Source: a virus
Taxonomy: Duplodnaviria; Heunggongvirae; Uroviricota; Caudoviricetes
Length of the DNA: 64,000 bases
Strand: one strand, 5' to 3'
Virus record (IMG/VR): IMGVR_UViG_3300009095_001812
Span: 56,990-120,989 of that record
Shown here: piece by piece, positions 19,070 to 28,486 of the stretch
Layout: each line of letters begins with the position of its first letter
Numbering within the stretch: the stretch's first letter is position 1
Program-made: the position numbers and the translations under genes
Notes under the pieces: model-generated
What the model was told of the DNA's origin: nothing
Seen by the model: the letters and a program-made list of their open reading frames with translations, nothing else
Databases searched by the model: none

Positions 19070-20816
19070 TATTGTTATACCAATGGCTGGGCGTGGAAGT
19101 AGATTTGCACAAGCTGGATATACTTTTCCAAAACCACTAATCGATGTAGAAAACAAACCAATGATTCAAGTTGTTGTTGACAACATTGGAATTCAAGCGA
19201 GATACATTTTTTTAGTTCTAAAAGAACATTATGACGCCTATGCGCTGAAGTATCTTCTTCCTTTAATTTGTGGAAAGAACCCTTGTGAAATTGTTATTGT
19301 AGATCAGGTGACGGAGGGAGCTGCTTGCACAGTTTTACTATCTGAAAAACTCATCAACAACGATGATGAATTGATTCTCGCAAACTCAGATCAATGGATC
19401 AATTGGGACAACGACCACTTCTTGAATTTCATGCGCTCAAAGAAAGCGGATGGTGGAATTGTAACATTCAACGCTTGTTTTAGTTATAAAACTTTAATTG
19501 ATACAAAAGAATTTGGAAAAATACCATTAGGAAAAATAGTAAATCAAAAAATTGATTGTTCTGTAATGTCATACAGTGAATCAAAAAAAATGTTTGAATA
19601 TTCAAAGGTAAAAGATTTTATTAAAATTCCAGGAAAAGATCTGCAATGGAAAAAAATTGTAACACCATGGAAAAATACAACATATGTTACTTCTGATCAT
19701 TTGTTCTTAACAGAAAATGATTCCTGGCACGATATTGCATCTATGGATAATAGAAAAATTTTAACAAATCATAATGTAATGTCTAAAATGCAGCGTGAAG
19801 TATTTGATGGAACAATGCTTGGAGACGGTTCTATTTCAATTGCAAGAGGGCGTGTTAATTCTGGTTTGAAATTTTCTCATTCTTTAAAACAAAGAAGATG
19901 GGCTGAATTTAAACTAGGTACTTTTAGTAGCTTAGGAACAAACTCTGATATTGTTAAAATTGGAAAGTATGATGCAATTGCGTGCCGTGTAAATATTAAT
20001 GAAGAGTTTAAAAATGAAAGGATTAGATGGTATCCTAATGATAAAAAATCTATTCCAAATGATTTAAAGTTAACACCACGAACTATAGCTGTTTGGTATA
20101 TGGATGATGGTGGTTTAACAACAAATAAAACACAAACTCCAAGATTTGCTACAAATTCATTCACGCTAAGAGATATAGAGTTTTTACAAGAAAAATTCAA
20201 TGAATTGAACATATCAACATATACTGTAAGAGATAATAATCAATATAGGCTTATCGTATCCGCTGAAAGTGAATCTATTATATTCAATATGATTAAAGAG
20301 TATATTTTACCTGAAATGCAATATAAATTACCGGAAAAATATCGTGGTTTTTTTGACTCTTCATTATATGCTCTCGATAATTGTGATTTTTATTATTCAT
20401 CGGTTAATGTATCAGATTATGATGAGTTGAAAGCTGATAATAAATATGCTTTTTGTATTCAAACAGAAAATGAAAATTTTATTGTAGATAATTTAGTGGC
20501 GCATAATTGCCACCCTAAATGGTCTTTTGCAAAGGTCGATGAAGACGGTTTGGTAACTGAAGTGGCGGAGAAGAAGCCTATATCAAATATTGCAACTGTT
20601 GGTGTTTACTATTTTAGTAAAGGAAAGTTCTTTGTTGATGGTGCAAAGCAAATGATTTCAAAAAATATTAGAACCAACAATGAGTTCTATGTATGTCCAG
20701 TGTTCAATGAACTAATTGGTGATGGAAAGAAAGTATTGAATTATCCAATTGCTGAAATGAAAGGTTTGGGAACTCCAGAAGACCTTGATAAATTTCTAAA
20801 GGATAAAGTTGTATGA
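19062..20816 (+). CDS. Sugar-phosphate nucleotidyltransferase containing an intein
   Basis: IVIPMAGRGSRF...PKPLI, GAACT, ANSDQ, HPKWSF, ATVGVYYF and LGTPEDL motifs. Confidence 0.9.
   Translation: MINIVIPMAGRGSRFAQAGYTFPKPLIDVENKPMIQVVVDNIGIQARYIFLVLKEHYDAYALKYLLPLICGKNPCEIVIVDQVTEGAACTVLLSEKLINNDDELILANSDQWINWDNDHFLNFMRSKKADGGIVTFNACFSYKTLIDTKEFGKIPLGKIVNQKIDCSVMSYSESKKMFEYSKVKDFIKIPGKDLQWKKIVTPWKNTTYVTSDHLFLTENDSWHDIASMDNRKILTNHNVMSKMQREVFDGTMLGDGSISIARGRVNSGLKFSHSLKQRRWAEFKLGTFSSLGTNSDIVKIGKYDAIACRVNINEEFKNERIRWYPNDKKSIPNDLKLTPRTIAVWYMDDGGLTTNKTQTPRFATNSFTLRDIEFLQEKFNELNISTYTVRDNNQYRLIVSAESESIIFNMIKEYILPEMQYKLPEKYRGFFDSSLYALDNCDFYYSSVNVSDYDELKADNKYAFCIQTENENFIVDNLVAHNCHPKWSFAKVDEDGLVTEVAEKKPISNIATVGVYYFSKGKFFVDGAKQMISKNIRTNNEFYVCPVFNELIGDGKKVLNYPIAEMKGLGTPEDLDKFLKDKVV
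19476..20507 (+). mobile_element. Intein with LAGLIDADG endonuclease (344 aa) in nucleotidyltransferase
   Basis: FNA/CFSY ... NLVAHN/CHPKW junctions; GTMLGDGS and WYMDDG endonuclease blocks. Confidence 0.9.
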
Positions 20817-21265
20817 AACTAATTGCTCACAGGGGCAACTTCAAAGGTATGTTTATTGATTTGGAGAATTCTCCACAGTACATAGATCAAGCTTTAGATC
20901 TTGGGTATGAGGCAGAAATAGATGTCTGGTATGTTGATGGTAACTTTGTACTGGGTCACGACAATCCTCAATACCCAACCGATGAAACATGGCTATTAAA
21001 AAGAAGAGACAAGCTCTGGTGTCACGCAAAGAACGTTGAAGCCTTGCTGCCCTTAATGAAAATTGGGATGCATTGTTTCTTTCACGGAACAGATGAGGTT
21101 ACACTTACGTCGAAAGGGATTTTATGGACTTATCCCGGTAAAACCCTCACTCCTAAGTCAATCGCTGTTATGCCAGACATACTTGGCTTGATAGAAGGAA
21201 GGTTCTGGATAGCTAAAAAAGACTTTTTGGGAATATGTTCTGACGATTTTAATCAGTACATTTGA
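20813..21265 (+). CDS. Short GDPD-like (PLC-like phosphodiesterase) protein
   Basis: MKLIAHRG, EN and EIDVW...LGHD motifs. Confidence 0.65.
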   Translation: MKLIAHRGNFKGMFIDLENSPQYIDQALDLGYEAEIDVWYVDGNFVLGHDNPQYPTDETWLLKRRDKLWCHAKNVEALLPLMKIGMHCFFHGTDEVTLTSKGILWTYPGKTLTPKSIAVMPDILGLIEGRFWIAKKDFLGICSDDFNQYI

Positions 21266-21287
21266 CATTTGATATATTCCTGTATGT

Positions 21288-22259
21288 ATGAAGAAAGCAT
21301 GCATAACAGGGATAACGGGTCAGACTGGAAGTTACTTAGCTGAAATCCTCTTAGAAAAGGGTTATGAAGTTCATGGCCTTGTAAGAAGATCTTCTTCTTT
21401 TAACACAGATAGAATAGAGCATATCTTCAAAGATCTTCATTTAGCATACGGGGATCTTTCTGACTATGGATCTATTGCCAATTGGGTTCGTAAAGTCCAA
21501 CCAGATGAGTTCTATAATTTAGGTGCGATGTCTCATGTACGTGTGAGCTTTGATATTCCAGAGTACACAATGGATATTGGTGCAACTGGAGTTGTTCGTT
21601 GTCTTGAAGCGCTCACAAACTTTTCCGATCATACCCATTTCGTTCAGGCGAGTACGTCAGAGATGTTTGGCTCTGTTCCTCCGCCTCAAAACGAACAAAC
21701 TGTACTTCACCCTCGCTCTCCTTATGGAGCTGCGAAGATTGCGGGGTATTGGTCTACTGTGAACTACAGAGAAGCTGGTAAGTTGTTCGCCTCAAACTCA
21801 ATGTCATTCAATCACGAATCTCCGCGAAGAGGGGAGACGTTCGTAACCAAAAAAATTACAAGGGCGGCAACTCGAATTAAGGTTGGTATACAAGATAAAC
21901 TCTATCTTGGTAATCTTGATTCTCGAAGAGACTGGAACCATGCCTGGGATGTTGCACAAGCCATTCATCTTATGGCTACAGCTCCTGAGGCGGATGATTG
22001 GGTTGTTGGGTCTGGTGAAATGCATTCGGTCAGAGAATTCGTTCAGCTTGTATTTGATAAGCTTGATTTGGATTGGCACCAGTACGTTGAATTTGATGCA
22101 CGTTATCTCAGACCAACTGAAGTTGATGCTTTGTGTGGTGATTCTACAAAGATTCGTACCAAACTTGGATGGAAGCCAAAATATACATTTGAACAACTTA
22201 TCGATGAGATGGTTGAGCATGATCTTCAGAGAGCTGAAGTAGAAAAGGCGTTTCAATGA
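21288..22259 (+). CDS. gmd: GDP-mannose 4,6-dehydratase
   Basis: ITGITGQTGSYL, SHVRVSF, SPYGAAK, NHESPRRGETFVTKKI and YLRPTEVD motifs. Confidence 0.95.
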   Translation: MKKACITGITGQTGSYLAEILLEKGYEVHGLVRRSSSFNTDRIEHIFKDLHLAYGDLSDYGSIANWVRKVQPDEFYNLGAMSHVRVSFDIPEYTMDIGATGVVRCLEALTNFSDHTHFVQASTSEMFGSVPPPQNEQTVLHPRSPYGAAKIAGYWSTVNYREAGKLFASNSMSFNHESPRRGETFVTKKITRAATRIKVGIQDKLYLGNLDSRRDWNHAWDVAQAIHLMATAPEADDWVVGSGEMHSVREFVQLVFDKLDLDWHQYVEFDARYLRPTEVDALCGDSTKIRTKLGWKPKYTFEQLIDEMVEHDLQRAEVEKAFQ

Positions 22260-23185
22260 ATAAAGATGATAGAATTTATGTCGCAGGCCACCGAGGTCTT
22301 GTTGGTTCTGCTGTTGTAAGAGCCCTTGAAGCTCGTGGGTATACAAATATTGTCAAGCAAACGTCATCTGATTTGGATCTTACCAATCAAGAACTTGTAG
22401 ATCTCTTTTTTGAAAAGAATGAGATTGATTATGTAATTTTGTGCGCTGCAAAGGTCGGCGGCATACTAAGTAATAAGACTTATCCTGCCGATTTTATTTA
22501 CAAAAACTTAATGATACAGACAAACGTGATACACAGCGCGTATACACATGGTGTCAAGAAACTTTGCTTTCTGGGATCATCCTGTATCTATCCTAAGTTT
22601 TGTGAGCAACCAATAAAGGAAGAATACCTTTTGAATGGGGATTTAGAACCTACTAACGATGCGTATGCAGTAGCTAAGATAGCCGGCATCAAGATGTGTC
22701 AGGTATACAGGCGTCAGTATGGTTTTGATTGTATTTCTCTTATGCCAACTAATCTGTTTGGAATAAATGATAATTTTGATTTGCAAAACTCTCATGTTTT
22801 GCCAGCTCTAATAGCCAAGTTTGTTTCCGCTACACAACAGGGACAAAAAGTTACTATCTGGGGAACTGGAACTCCTAGAAGAGAGTTTCTATTTTCAGAT
22901 GATCTTGCTGATGCTGTTATATTCTTGATGAATAATTATTCAAGTGAAGATATAATAAATGTAGGTACAGGAAATGATATTTCTATTATGGAATTAGCAA
23001 CAAAAATAGCTAACATAGTAGGTTATCAAAAAAGCATGATAGAGTTGGATACATCTAAACCAGATGGAACACCAAGAAAATTATTAGATGTTTCTAAGAT
23101 AAATGATTTGGGTTGGCATGCGAAAACATCCCTTGATGAAGGTTTAAGAAAGACTATTAAATGGTATAATGACCAAGGAAAATAA
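22256..23185 (+). CDS. fcl: GDP-L-fucose synthase
   Basis: AGHRGLVGSA, AAKVGGI, LGSSCIYP, YAVAKIAG, WGTGTPRREF and KPDGTPRK motifs. Confidence 0.95.
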   Translation: MNKDDRIYVAGHRGLVGSAVVRALEARGYTNIVKQTSSDLDLTNQELVDLFFEKNEIDYVILCAAKVGGILSNKTYPADFIYKNLMIQTNVIHSAYTHGVKKLCFLGSSCIYPKFCEQPIKEEYLLNGDLEPTNDAYAVAKIAGIKMCQVYRRQYGFDCISLMPTNLFGINDNFDLQNSHVLPALIAKFVSATQQGQKVTIWGTGTPRREFLFSDDLADAVIFLMNNYSSEDIINVGTGNDISIMELATKIANIVGYQKSMIELDTSKPDGTPRKLLDVSKINDLGWHAKTSLDEGLRKTIKWYNDQGK

Positions 23186-23186
23186 C

Positions 23187-24167
23187 ATGGGATTAGATAG
23201 ACAGAAAATTCATGAGCACATTGATGATGCTCTACCAACGCACTTGGATGTTTCAAAGTTTGAAATAACCAGAAAAGACAATTGTTTTAGTGTAACAATT
23301 GAAATGAGCGAACCTCAAAAAGAGGAACAGATATTTGTAAAAGCCTGTAAGCTACCTGAGGAAAAGAGAGAGGTTTTTGTTGATGAACAAACACTCCGTA
23401 AGATTATTTCAAATTCAAACAAAAAGGTCAAAGAAACATTTGACATAGATTTTGATCATCATCTTCGTACATCATCTTCTTTCACACCAGAGGAGAAAAA
23501 GAATCTTCAGGATACAGCATCGAATATTGCTGCTAACGAAAAAAAGAATCTTCAGGATGATACTAAGGAAAATGATAAATTTTTTTCTAATACTTATTAT
23601 AAGCATAAGCTTTCACCAAAACCAACTTTAAAAGAATTGAGTGGGCGTGGCGCTTTCACAAGAAAAGGGTCTGAGTTTGACGATGACGCAGTCCGTAATG
23701 TGAAGTCTCCGGTTGAAGCGGAAAATACGTGGGCCAAGGCTAAGGAAAGGTATGAGTCTGTACACAAACGTAAATGTAATATAAGCATACACAAAAAGAC
23801 ACCAGGCCTTTTTATGAGATCAGAGGTTTCTGAAACGGAAATAATGGCTGATAGTATCATGCCAAAAATTAAGTTAAAAGACGGGTATGCTGGTAGTTCT
23901 TTCATACCAAAAACTAAGCTAAGCGACGGGTATGTTGGTGGTTCATTTTGGGAGTCCAAAGCCGAAACAAAACCTAGTGATGTGAATAACATTAGTGTCG
24001 AGGATGATGTTTTAAATTATCTAGAAATTACAAAGAGTTTTGTCAATAGAAATATTGATAAAGCAATTTCATGGATAAAGAAAAAGAAATCTGAACCTAA
24101 AAAATCAGATACATCAAAGATTAAAGAAGTTCTTGATGAACATTTTAATAGACATAAGTTTTTTTAA
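23187..24167 (+). CDS. Hypothetical charged protein with two internal tandem duplications
   Basis: Long ORF; EKKNLQD x2 and PK.KL.DGY.G.SF x2; RBS favours ATG 23187. Confidence 0.55.
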   Translation: MGLDRQKIHEHIDDALPTHLDVSKFEITRKDNCFSVTIEMSEPQKEEQIFVKACKLPEEKREVFVDEQTLRKIISNSNKKVKETFDIDFDHHLRTSSSFTPEEKKNLQDTASNIAANEKKNLQDDTKENDKFFSNTYYKHKLSPKPTLKELSGRGAFTRKGSEFDDDAVRNVKSPVEAENTWAKAKERYESVHKRKCNISIHKKTPGLFMRSEVSETEIMADSIMPKIKLKDGYAGSSFIPKTKLSDGYVGGSFWESKAETKPSDVNNISVEDDVLNYLEITKSFVNRNIDKAISWIKKKKSEPKKSDTSKIKEVLDEHFNRHKFF

Positions 24168-24169
24168 GT

Positions 24170-24235
24170 ATGAGTAAGTCAAGAAAGATATTAGTTACTG
24201 GGTCTGGTGGTCTCTGTCAATATTTAGATATCTAA
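24170..24235 (+). pseudogene. Orphan N-terminal stump of NAD-dependent epimerase/dehydratase (MSKSRKILVTGSGG-LCQYLDI*)
   Basis: Matches MVKKINVLITGSGG at 25127 and breaks right after the TGSGG Rossmann motif. Confidence 0.8.
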
Positions 24236-24237
24236 AT

Positions 24238-25134
24238 ATGGTCATAAAAAGGAAAATAGGAATTGGTAGATTTGGAAGAGATGTTTTTGAATTTTTAATA
24301 AAGTGTCATACGTGTGATAAAGAGCAGTGGTTAAGTGGTAAAAATTGTAATTTTGGGGCCCGAAAATACTGTTCCAGATCATGTATAAACAAAGGAAGAA
24401 AGCATACAGATAAATGGAAAGAAACAATATCAAAAAGAAATACTGGACATGATAATCCTTTTTTTGGAAAAAAGCATTCAAAAAAATCGAAAAAGATAAT
24501 GTCAGAGTCGCATACTTGTGAAAATTCATTGAAGGCCGTAAAAACAAAAGAGTTATCAGAGATTGATTTCAAAAAATATTGGGCATCTTATGTATCAAAA
24601 TTTACAGGTGAAAATAATCATTTTTTCGGCAAAACTCATACAAAAGAAACAAGAGAACATTTATCAAAAACCAGATCAAAACTTATATCAAATGGAGTTT
24701 TAAATTTGAAACCGAACCATTATGGATTAAAGGGTTATTATACCTCAAAGAAGTCTGGAGAAACTTTTAGGTTCGATTCGTTTGTTGAATATTTAAGAAT
24801 GATTATCATTGATAATGATGCTGGGGTTTTAACCTGGACTAAAAGACACGGTATAAGAATACCATATGAAATGGATGGAATAACTAAAAATTATGTTCCA
24901 GATTTTCTAATAACGTTAATTGATGGATACATAACTATCGAAGAGGTAAAGGGTTATGAAAATACCCAAAAAAAAGAGGCAAAGTTCAATGCGTTAAAGT
25001 CTTATTGCAAAGATAAAGAAATTGGATGTAGTATAGTGTTATACAAAGATGTAAAAGATATATGTCCCCACCATTTTGGTAAAAGCATTGATACTTTGAG
25101 AAGTATGTATAAAAAGGGGCTTTTTAATGGTTAA
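24238..25134 (+). CDS. Homing-endonuclease-like protein: NUMOD3 repeats plus TnsA-like PD-(D/E)XK nuclease
   Basis: NPFFGKKHS and NHFFGKTHT NUMOD3 motifs; FDS..E...YVPDFLI...EEVKG nuclease motif. Confidence 0.8.
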   Translation: MVIKRKIGIGRFGRDVFEFLIKCHTCDKEQWLSGKNCNFGARKYCSRSCINKGRKHTDKWKETISKRNTGHDNPFFGKKHSKKSKKIMSESHTCENSLKAVKTKELSEIDFKKYWASYVSKFTGENNHFFGKTHTKETREHLSKTRSKLISNGVLNLKPNHYGLKGYYTSKKSGETFRFDSFVEYLRMIIIDNDAGVLTWTKRHGIRIPYEMDGITKNYVPDFLITLIDGYITIEEVKGYENTQKKEAKFNALKSYCKDKEIGCSIVLYKDVKDICPHHFGKSIDTLRSMYKKGLFNG

Positions 25135-26065
25135 AAAAATCAATGTATTGATAACGGGGTCGGGTGGTTTTGTTTTTGGAAACTTCATTAGACAAGCATT
25201 CTATTCAAAGAAGCCTTACAACATATCCAGTATAGATATGGTTCGTGAGTCTCACATTATACACAACATATATGTGAACTCAGATCATCAGTTTTACATA
25301 GCTGATATCAAGGACCCTCACATCTTGCATGTGATCTTTCAAAAAGAACGACCAGATATTGTAATACATGGGGCGGCGGAGAGTGTTGGTAATGCTCTCC
25401 CCGCCAATAATGTTGTAGGTACCCAAAACGTGATTGAGGAATGTCTAAAGTTAGGATCAGACCTCATCTATATTTCAACTAATGAGGTTTATGCTCCGCT
25501 GGATCAGAATCAAAATGCATGGACCGAAGACGGCCCTTTAGATCCTAAAAATCTCTATTCAGCTACCAAAGCGGCGGGTGAATTGTTAGTCAAGGCAGTG
25601 GCTAGTTCTCATGGATTGAAGTATTCAATTGTACGTCCAAGCTCTTGCTATGGACCTTGGCAGACCAAGGATAAACTCATCCCCTCTATCATCTCGTCTA
25701 TTCTTAATAGGCGCGATATTAGTATACGCGGCACAGGACAGCAGATGACGGATTGGTTGCATGTCTTTGACCTGTGCAAAGCTATATTCCAAATAATTGA
25801 TACTGGCGTAGATAACAATATATACAACGTTACAGCAAATCAAGAGTTTATGTCATTAGAAGTAGCTCAAATTGTTTGTAATATTCTTGGTGAAGGACAT
25901 GATTTAATCAAACATGTCGAGAGCGATCCTAAGTATGATTTTAGATTCGCAATGACCAATGACAAGATAAAATCTCTTGGTTGGGAGCCTGAGTTTAAAT
26001 TCAGGGGAGGAATCAAGGAAGTTTGTCAGTGGTATATCACAAATAAGTACGTCCTGGATTTGTAA
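25127..26065 (+). CDS. NAD-dependent nucleotide-sugar epimerase/dehydratase (RmlB-like SDR)
   Basis: ITGSGG, HGAAES, ISTNEVY, YSATK and DWLHVFD motifs. Confidence 0.85.
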   Translation: MVKKINVLITGSGGFVFGNFIRQAFYSKKPYNISSIDMVRESHIIHNIYVNSDHQFYIADIKDPHILHVIFQKERPDIVIHGAAESVGNALPANNVVGTQNVIEECLKLGSDLIYISTNEVYAPLDQNQNAWTEDGPLDPKNLYSATKAAGELLVKAVASSHGLKYSIVRPSSCYGPWQTKDKLIPSIISSILNRRDISIRGTGQQMTDWLHVFDLCKAIFQIIDTGVDNNIYNVTANQEFMSLEVAQIVCNILGEGHDLIKHVESDPKYDFRFAMTNDKIKSLGWEPEFKFRGGIKEVCQWYITNKYVLDL

Positions 26066-26454
26066 TGCCTGAAGATTTTAAACTAAATATAAAAGCTTAT
26101 ATTCGCTCATATTCTAGTGGTCCAAGTGGATCTGTTATTGAGCTTGTTTCCTCTGGAAAACACCTTGAATTTATAGATCCAAATCCTTATTATGATAGGC
26201 TGATAAGGCGAGATCAGTCTATCACATTGAAGAACTTCGATATTCATAACTTAGCAGAGCGTTATAATCAAGGTATTATAGATGTAGATATATCTATACC
26301 AATATTTACAGATTGTGAGTTGAAGAAAAGCAGGTTAAAATCTGAAATACGAGATATAGAAAAGAGACTAGAAAAGTTATCTCCAATGAAAAACGAGATA
26401 GCAGCATTAGAATCTAAACTAAAAGAAATAAAAGAGGATTGTAGTGGGAACTGA
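26065..26454 (+). CDS. Hypothetical protein with C-terminal coiled coil
   Basis: Tiled ORF with overlaps on both sides. Confidence 0.5.
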   Translation: MPEDFKLNIKAYIRSYSSGPSGSVIELVSSGKHLEFIDPNPYYDRLIRRDQSITLKNFDIHNLAERYNQGIIDVDISIPIFTDCELKKSRLKSEIRDIEKRLEKLSPMKNEIAALESKLKEIKEDCSGN

Positions 26455-27826
26455 AACTAAAACAGAAAGTGTAGAGAGAGAGGTTGTTGTAGATGACATG
26501 GATACGAAACCTCAGGTTGATGAAGATAAATTGGCTAAATTGAAAGCGCGAGCTGCGCAGAAAAGAGCCGAAGAAGAAGCTGCAAAACAAGAAGTTGTTC
26601 AGGAGGAAGAGATGCCACCACGTATAGTTGAAGATCGTAAAAGATCGCTTCGATTTGGAGTGATTGGTTCTGGCCAAGCTGGTTCACGTTTGGCTGAGCA
26701 ATTTGCTGAGATTGGGTATCCAGCTATTGTTTTGAATACCGCCCCACAGGATTTAGAAGATATCAAAGTACCAGAACAGAATAAATTGTTACTTGATTTT
26801 GGATTGGGCGGAGCGGGTAAAGATTTGAGTATCGGCTATGACGCTGCTGACGCTTACAGAGCGGCTATCAATCAGCTTGTGCAGACAAAACTTGGAGATG
26901 CTCAGGTATTTATCTTTTGCACTTCTTTGGGCGGCGGCTCTGGCGCTGGTTCTGTTGAGGTTGTTGTTGACATCCTTGCGCAGATTGGAAAGCCAGTTGT
27001 TGTTCTAACAGTGCTTCCAAAAGCATCCGAAGACGCTCAGCTCAAACACAATGCTTGGCAGACTCTCTCGAAATTCACAAAGATGTTCAATGAAGGAAAG
27101 ATTGATAACATCATTACGGTGGACAACGCTAAGATTGAATCTCTGTATTCTGATGTTGGTCCATTTAACTTCTTTAAAGTTTCTAACAAGGCAATTGTTA
27201 GTCCCCTTGATGTATTCAATACCATGTCCAGGCGTAAGGACGAAGGTCTAAAGGTTTTAGACTCCACTGAATTTGGCAAGCTCTTTATCGATGGTAAAGG
27301 CTTTACAGTATACGGTGAGATGTCTGTAGAAGACTATGAGGACGAGATGGCAATTGCTACCGCAATTGTAGAATCCTTGAAAGGTAATTTACTCGCATCT
27401 GGTTTTGATATTCGCCAGGCACGCTATGCTGGTTTTATGCTTGTAGCTCCAAAGGAAGTTTGGGACAAGGTCTCAAGTGTGAGTTTGGATTACGCACAGA
27501 GGATGATCAACGACGCTTGTGATTCGCCAATGGCAATCTTCCAAGGTGTTTACCCAGAAGAGAATGGAGAGGATTGTGTGAAGGTGTACTCTATGTTCTC
27601 TGGTTTAGGTTTGCCTGAAGAGCGTATTGATCAGCTCAAAACCGAAGCTCAGATGAAGATGGCTAACGCCGAGCGTAAGGACAACGAACGTAAGCTTCAT
27701 ATGAAAGTCGATGTTGGTAATGAAACGGTGAATAAGGTTGATGAGATTAAGAAGAAGATTGAGTCCAGAAAGTCCTCGTTCAACAAGTTGCATGGCGGAG
27801 CTGTTCAGGACCGGAGAAAGAAATGA
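26444..27826 (+). CDS. Tubulin/FtsZ-family GTPase (phage TubZ/PhuZ-like)
   Basis: GVIGSGQAGSR, LNT..QDL, GAGKD, SLGGGSGAG signature, VLP and VDN motifs; charged N- and C-terminal extensions. Confidence 0.85.
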   Translation: MGTETKTESVEREVVVDDMDTKPQVDEDKLAKLKARAAQKRAEEEAAKQEVVQEEEMPPRIVEDRKRSLRFGVIGSGQAGSRLAEQFAEIGYPAIVLNTAPQDLEDIKVPEQNKLLLDFGLGGAGKDLSIGYDAADAYRAAINQLVQTKLGDAQVFIFCTSLGGGSGAGSVEVVVDILAQIGKPVVVLTVLPKASEDAQLKHNAWQTLSKFTKMFNEGKIDNIITVDNAKIESLYSDVGPFNFFKVSNKAIVSPLDVFNTMSRRKDEGLKVLDSTEFGKLFIDGKGFTVYGEMSVEDYEDEMAIATAIVESLKGNLLASGFDIRQARYAGFMLVAPKEVWDKVSSVSLDYAQRMINDACDSPMAIFQGVYPEENGEDCVKVYSMFSGLGLPEERIDQLKTEAQMKMANAERKDNERKLHMKVDVGNETVNKVDEIKKKIESRKSSFNKLHGGAVQDRRKK

Positions 27827-28377
27827 TAGAAGCCAAGTCTTTGGTGCTTTCTATTAAAGGTCCGTACGCAAAAGATGTTGGTATTTATCTAACAGACGTA
27901 AAAAATATAAGCGATACCGATAATCGTTGGTGGTCAATAGGTCAGGTACAGGATTTGAGATTTGAAGTATCAACCGAATCACTACCTATTTTATCTATGA
28001 GTTTTCTTGGTTTTAGGATTAATGAAATCCGGAAGCCAGAATTTGAAGATGGTTTAATTATATTTGTTAGAAATTACATTGATAGTGTACCATCAATGAA
28101 TGATACAATCATCTTAAAGAATGATTCAGGTAAAAACCCCAAAGCCTTGGGCTGTGTTCAACATTTCTTACTTGAGACATCTGTTAATAGTTCAGAGAAC
28201 AATGTTGAAATTACCGGAATTGACTCAAGATTTTTCGATCATAGATTGATGAAAGATGTAAGAGACTGGATGAGGGAGATGCCATCTTGGGTAACTGTAC
28301 ATAAAAAGAACATAGACTTTTTACAAGAAGTTGGAACCGATGGTGTTATTGACACTTTAGGAATTCGAAGTGAGTAA
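27823..28377 (+). CDS. Hypothetical protein
   Basis: Tiled ORF with ATGA overlap. Confidence 0.5.
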   Translation: MIEAKSLVLSIKGPYAKDVGIYLTDVKNISDTDNRWWSIGQVQDLRFEVSTESLPILSMSFLGFRINEIRKPEFEDGLIIFVRNYIDSVPSMNDTIILKNDSGKNPKALGCVQHFLLETSVNSSENNVEITGIDSRFFDHRLMKDVRDWMREMPSWVTVHKKNIDFLQEVGTDGVIDTLGIRSE

Positions 28378-28477
28378 GTGGGCATCAATTATCTGGGATG
28401 GCGAAAAGATTACAATCGTTTATGTAAGTGGACTTTGGGATCCTGTTCCGCCAGAAAATGAAATCATTTGGCACTAA
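28370..28477 (+). CDS. Small hypothetical protein (35 aa, GTG start)
   Basis: Fills the gap and overlaps the upstream stop: MSKWASIIWDGEKITIVYVSGLWDPVPPENEIIWH. Confidence 0.35.
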   Translation: MSKWASIIWDGEKITIVYVSGLWDPVPPENEIIWH

Positions 28478-28486
28478 CAGGAAAGC

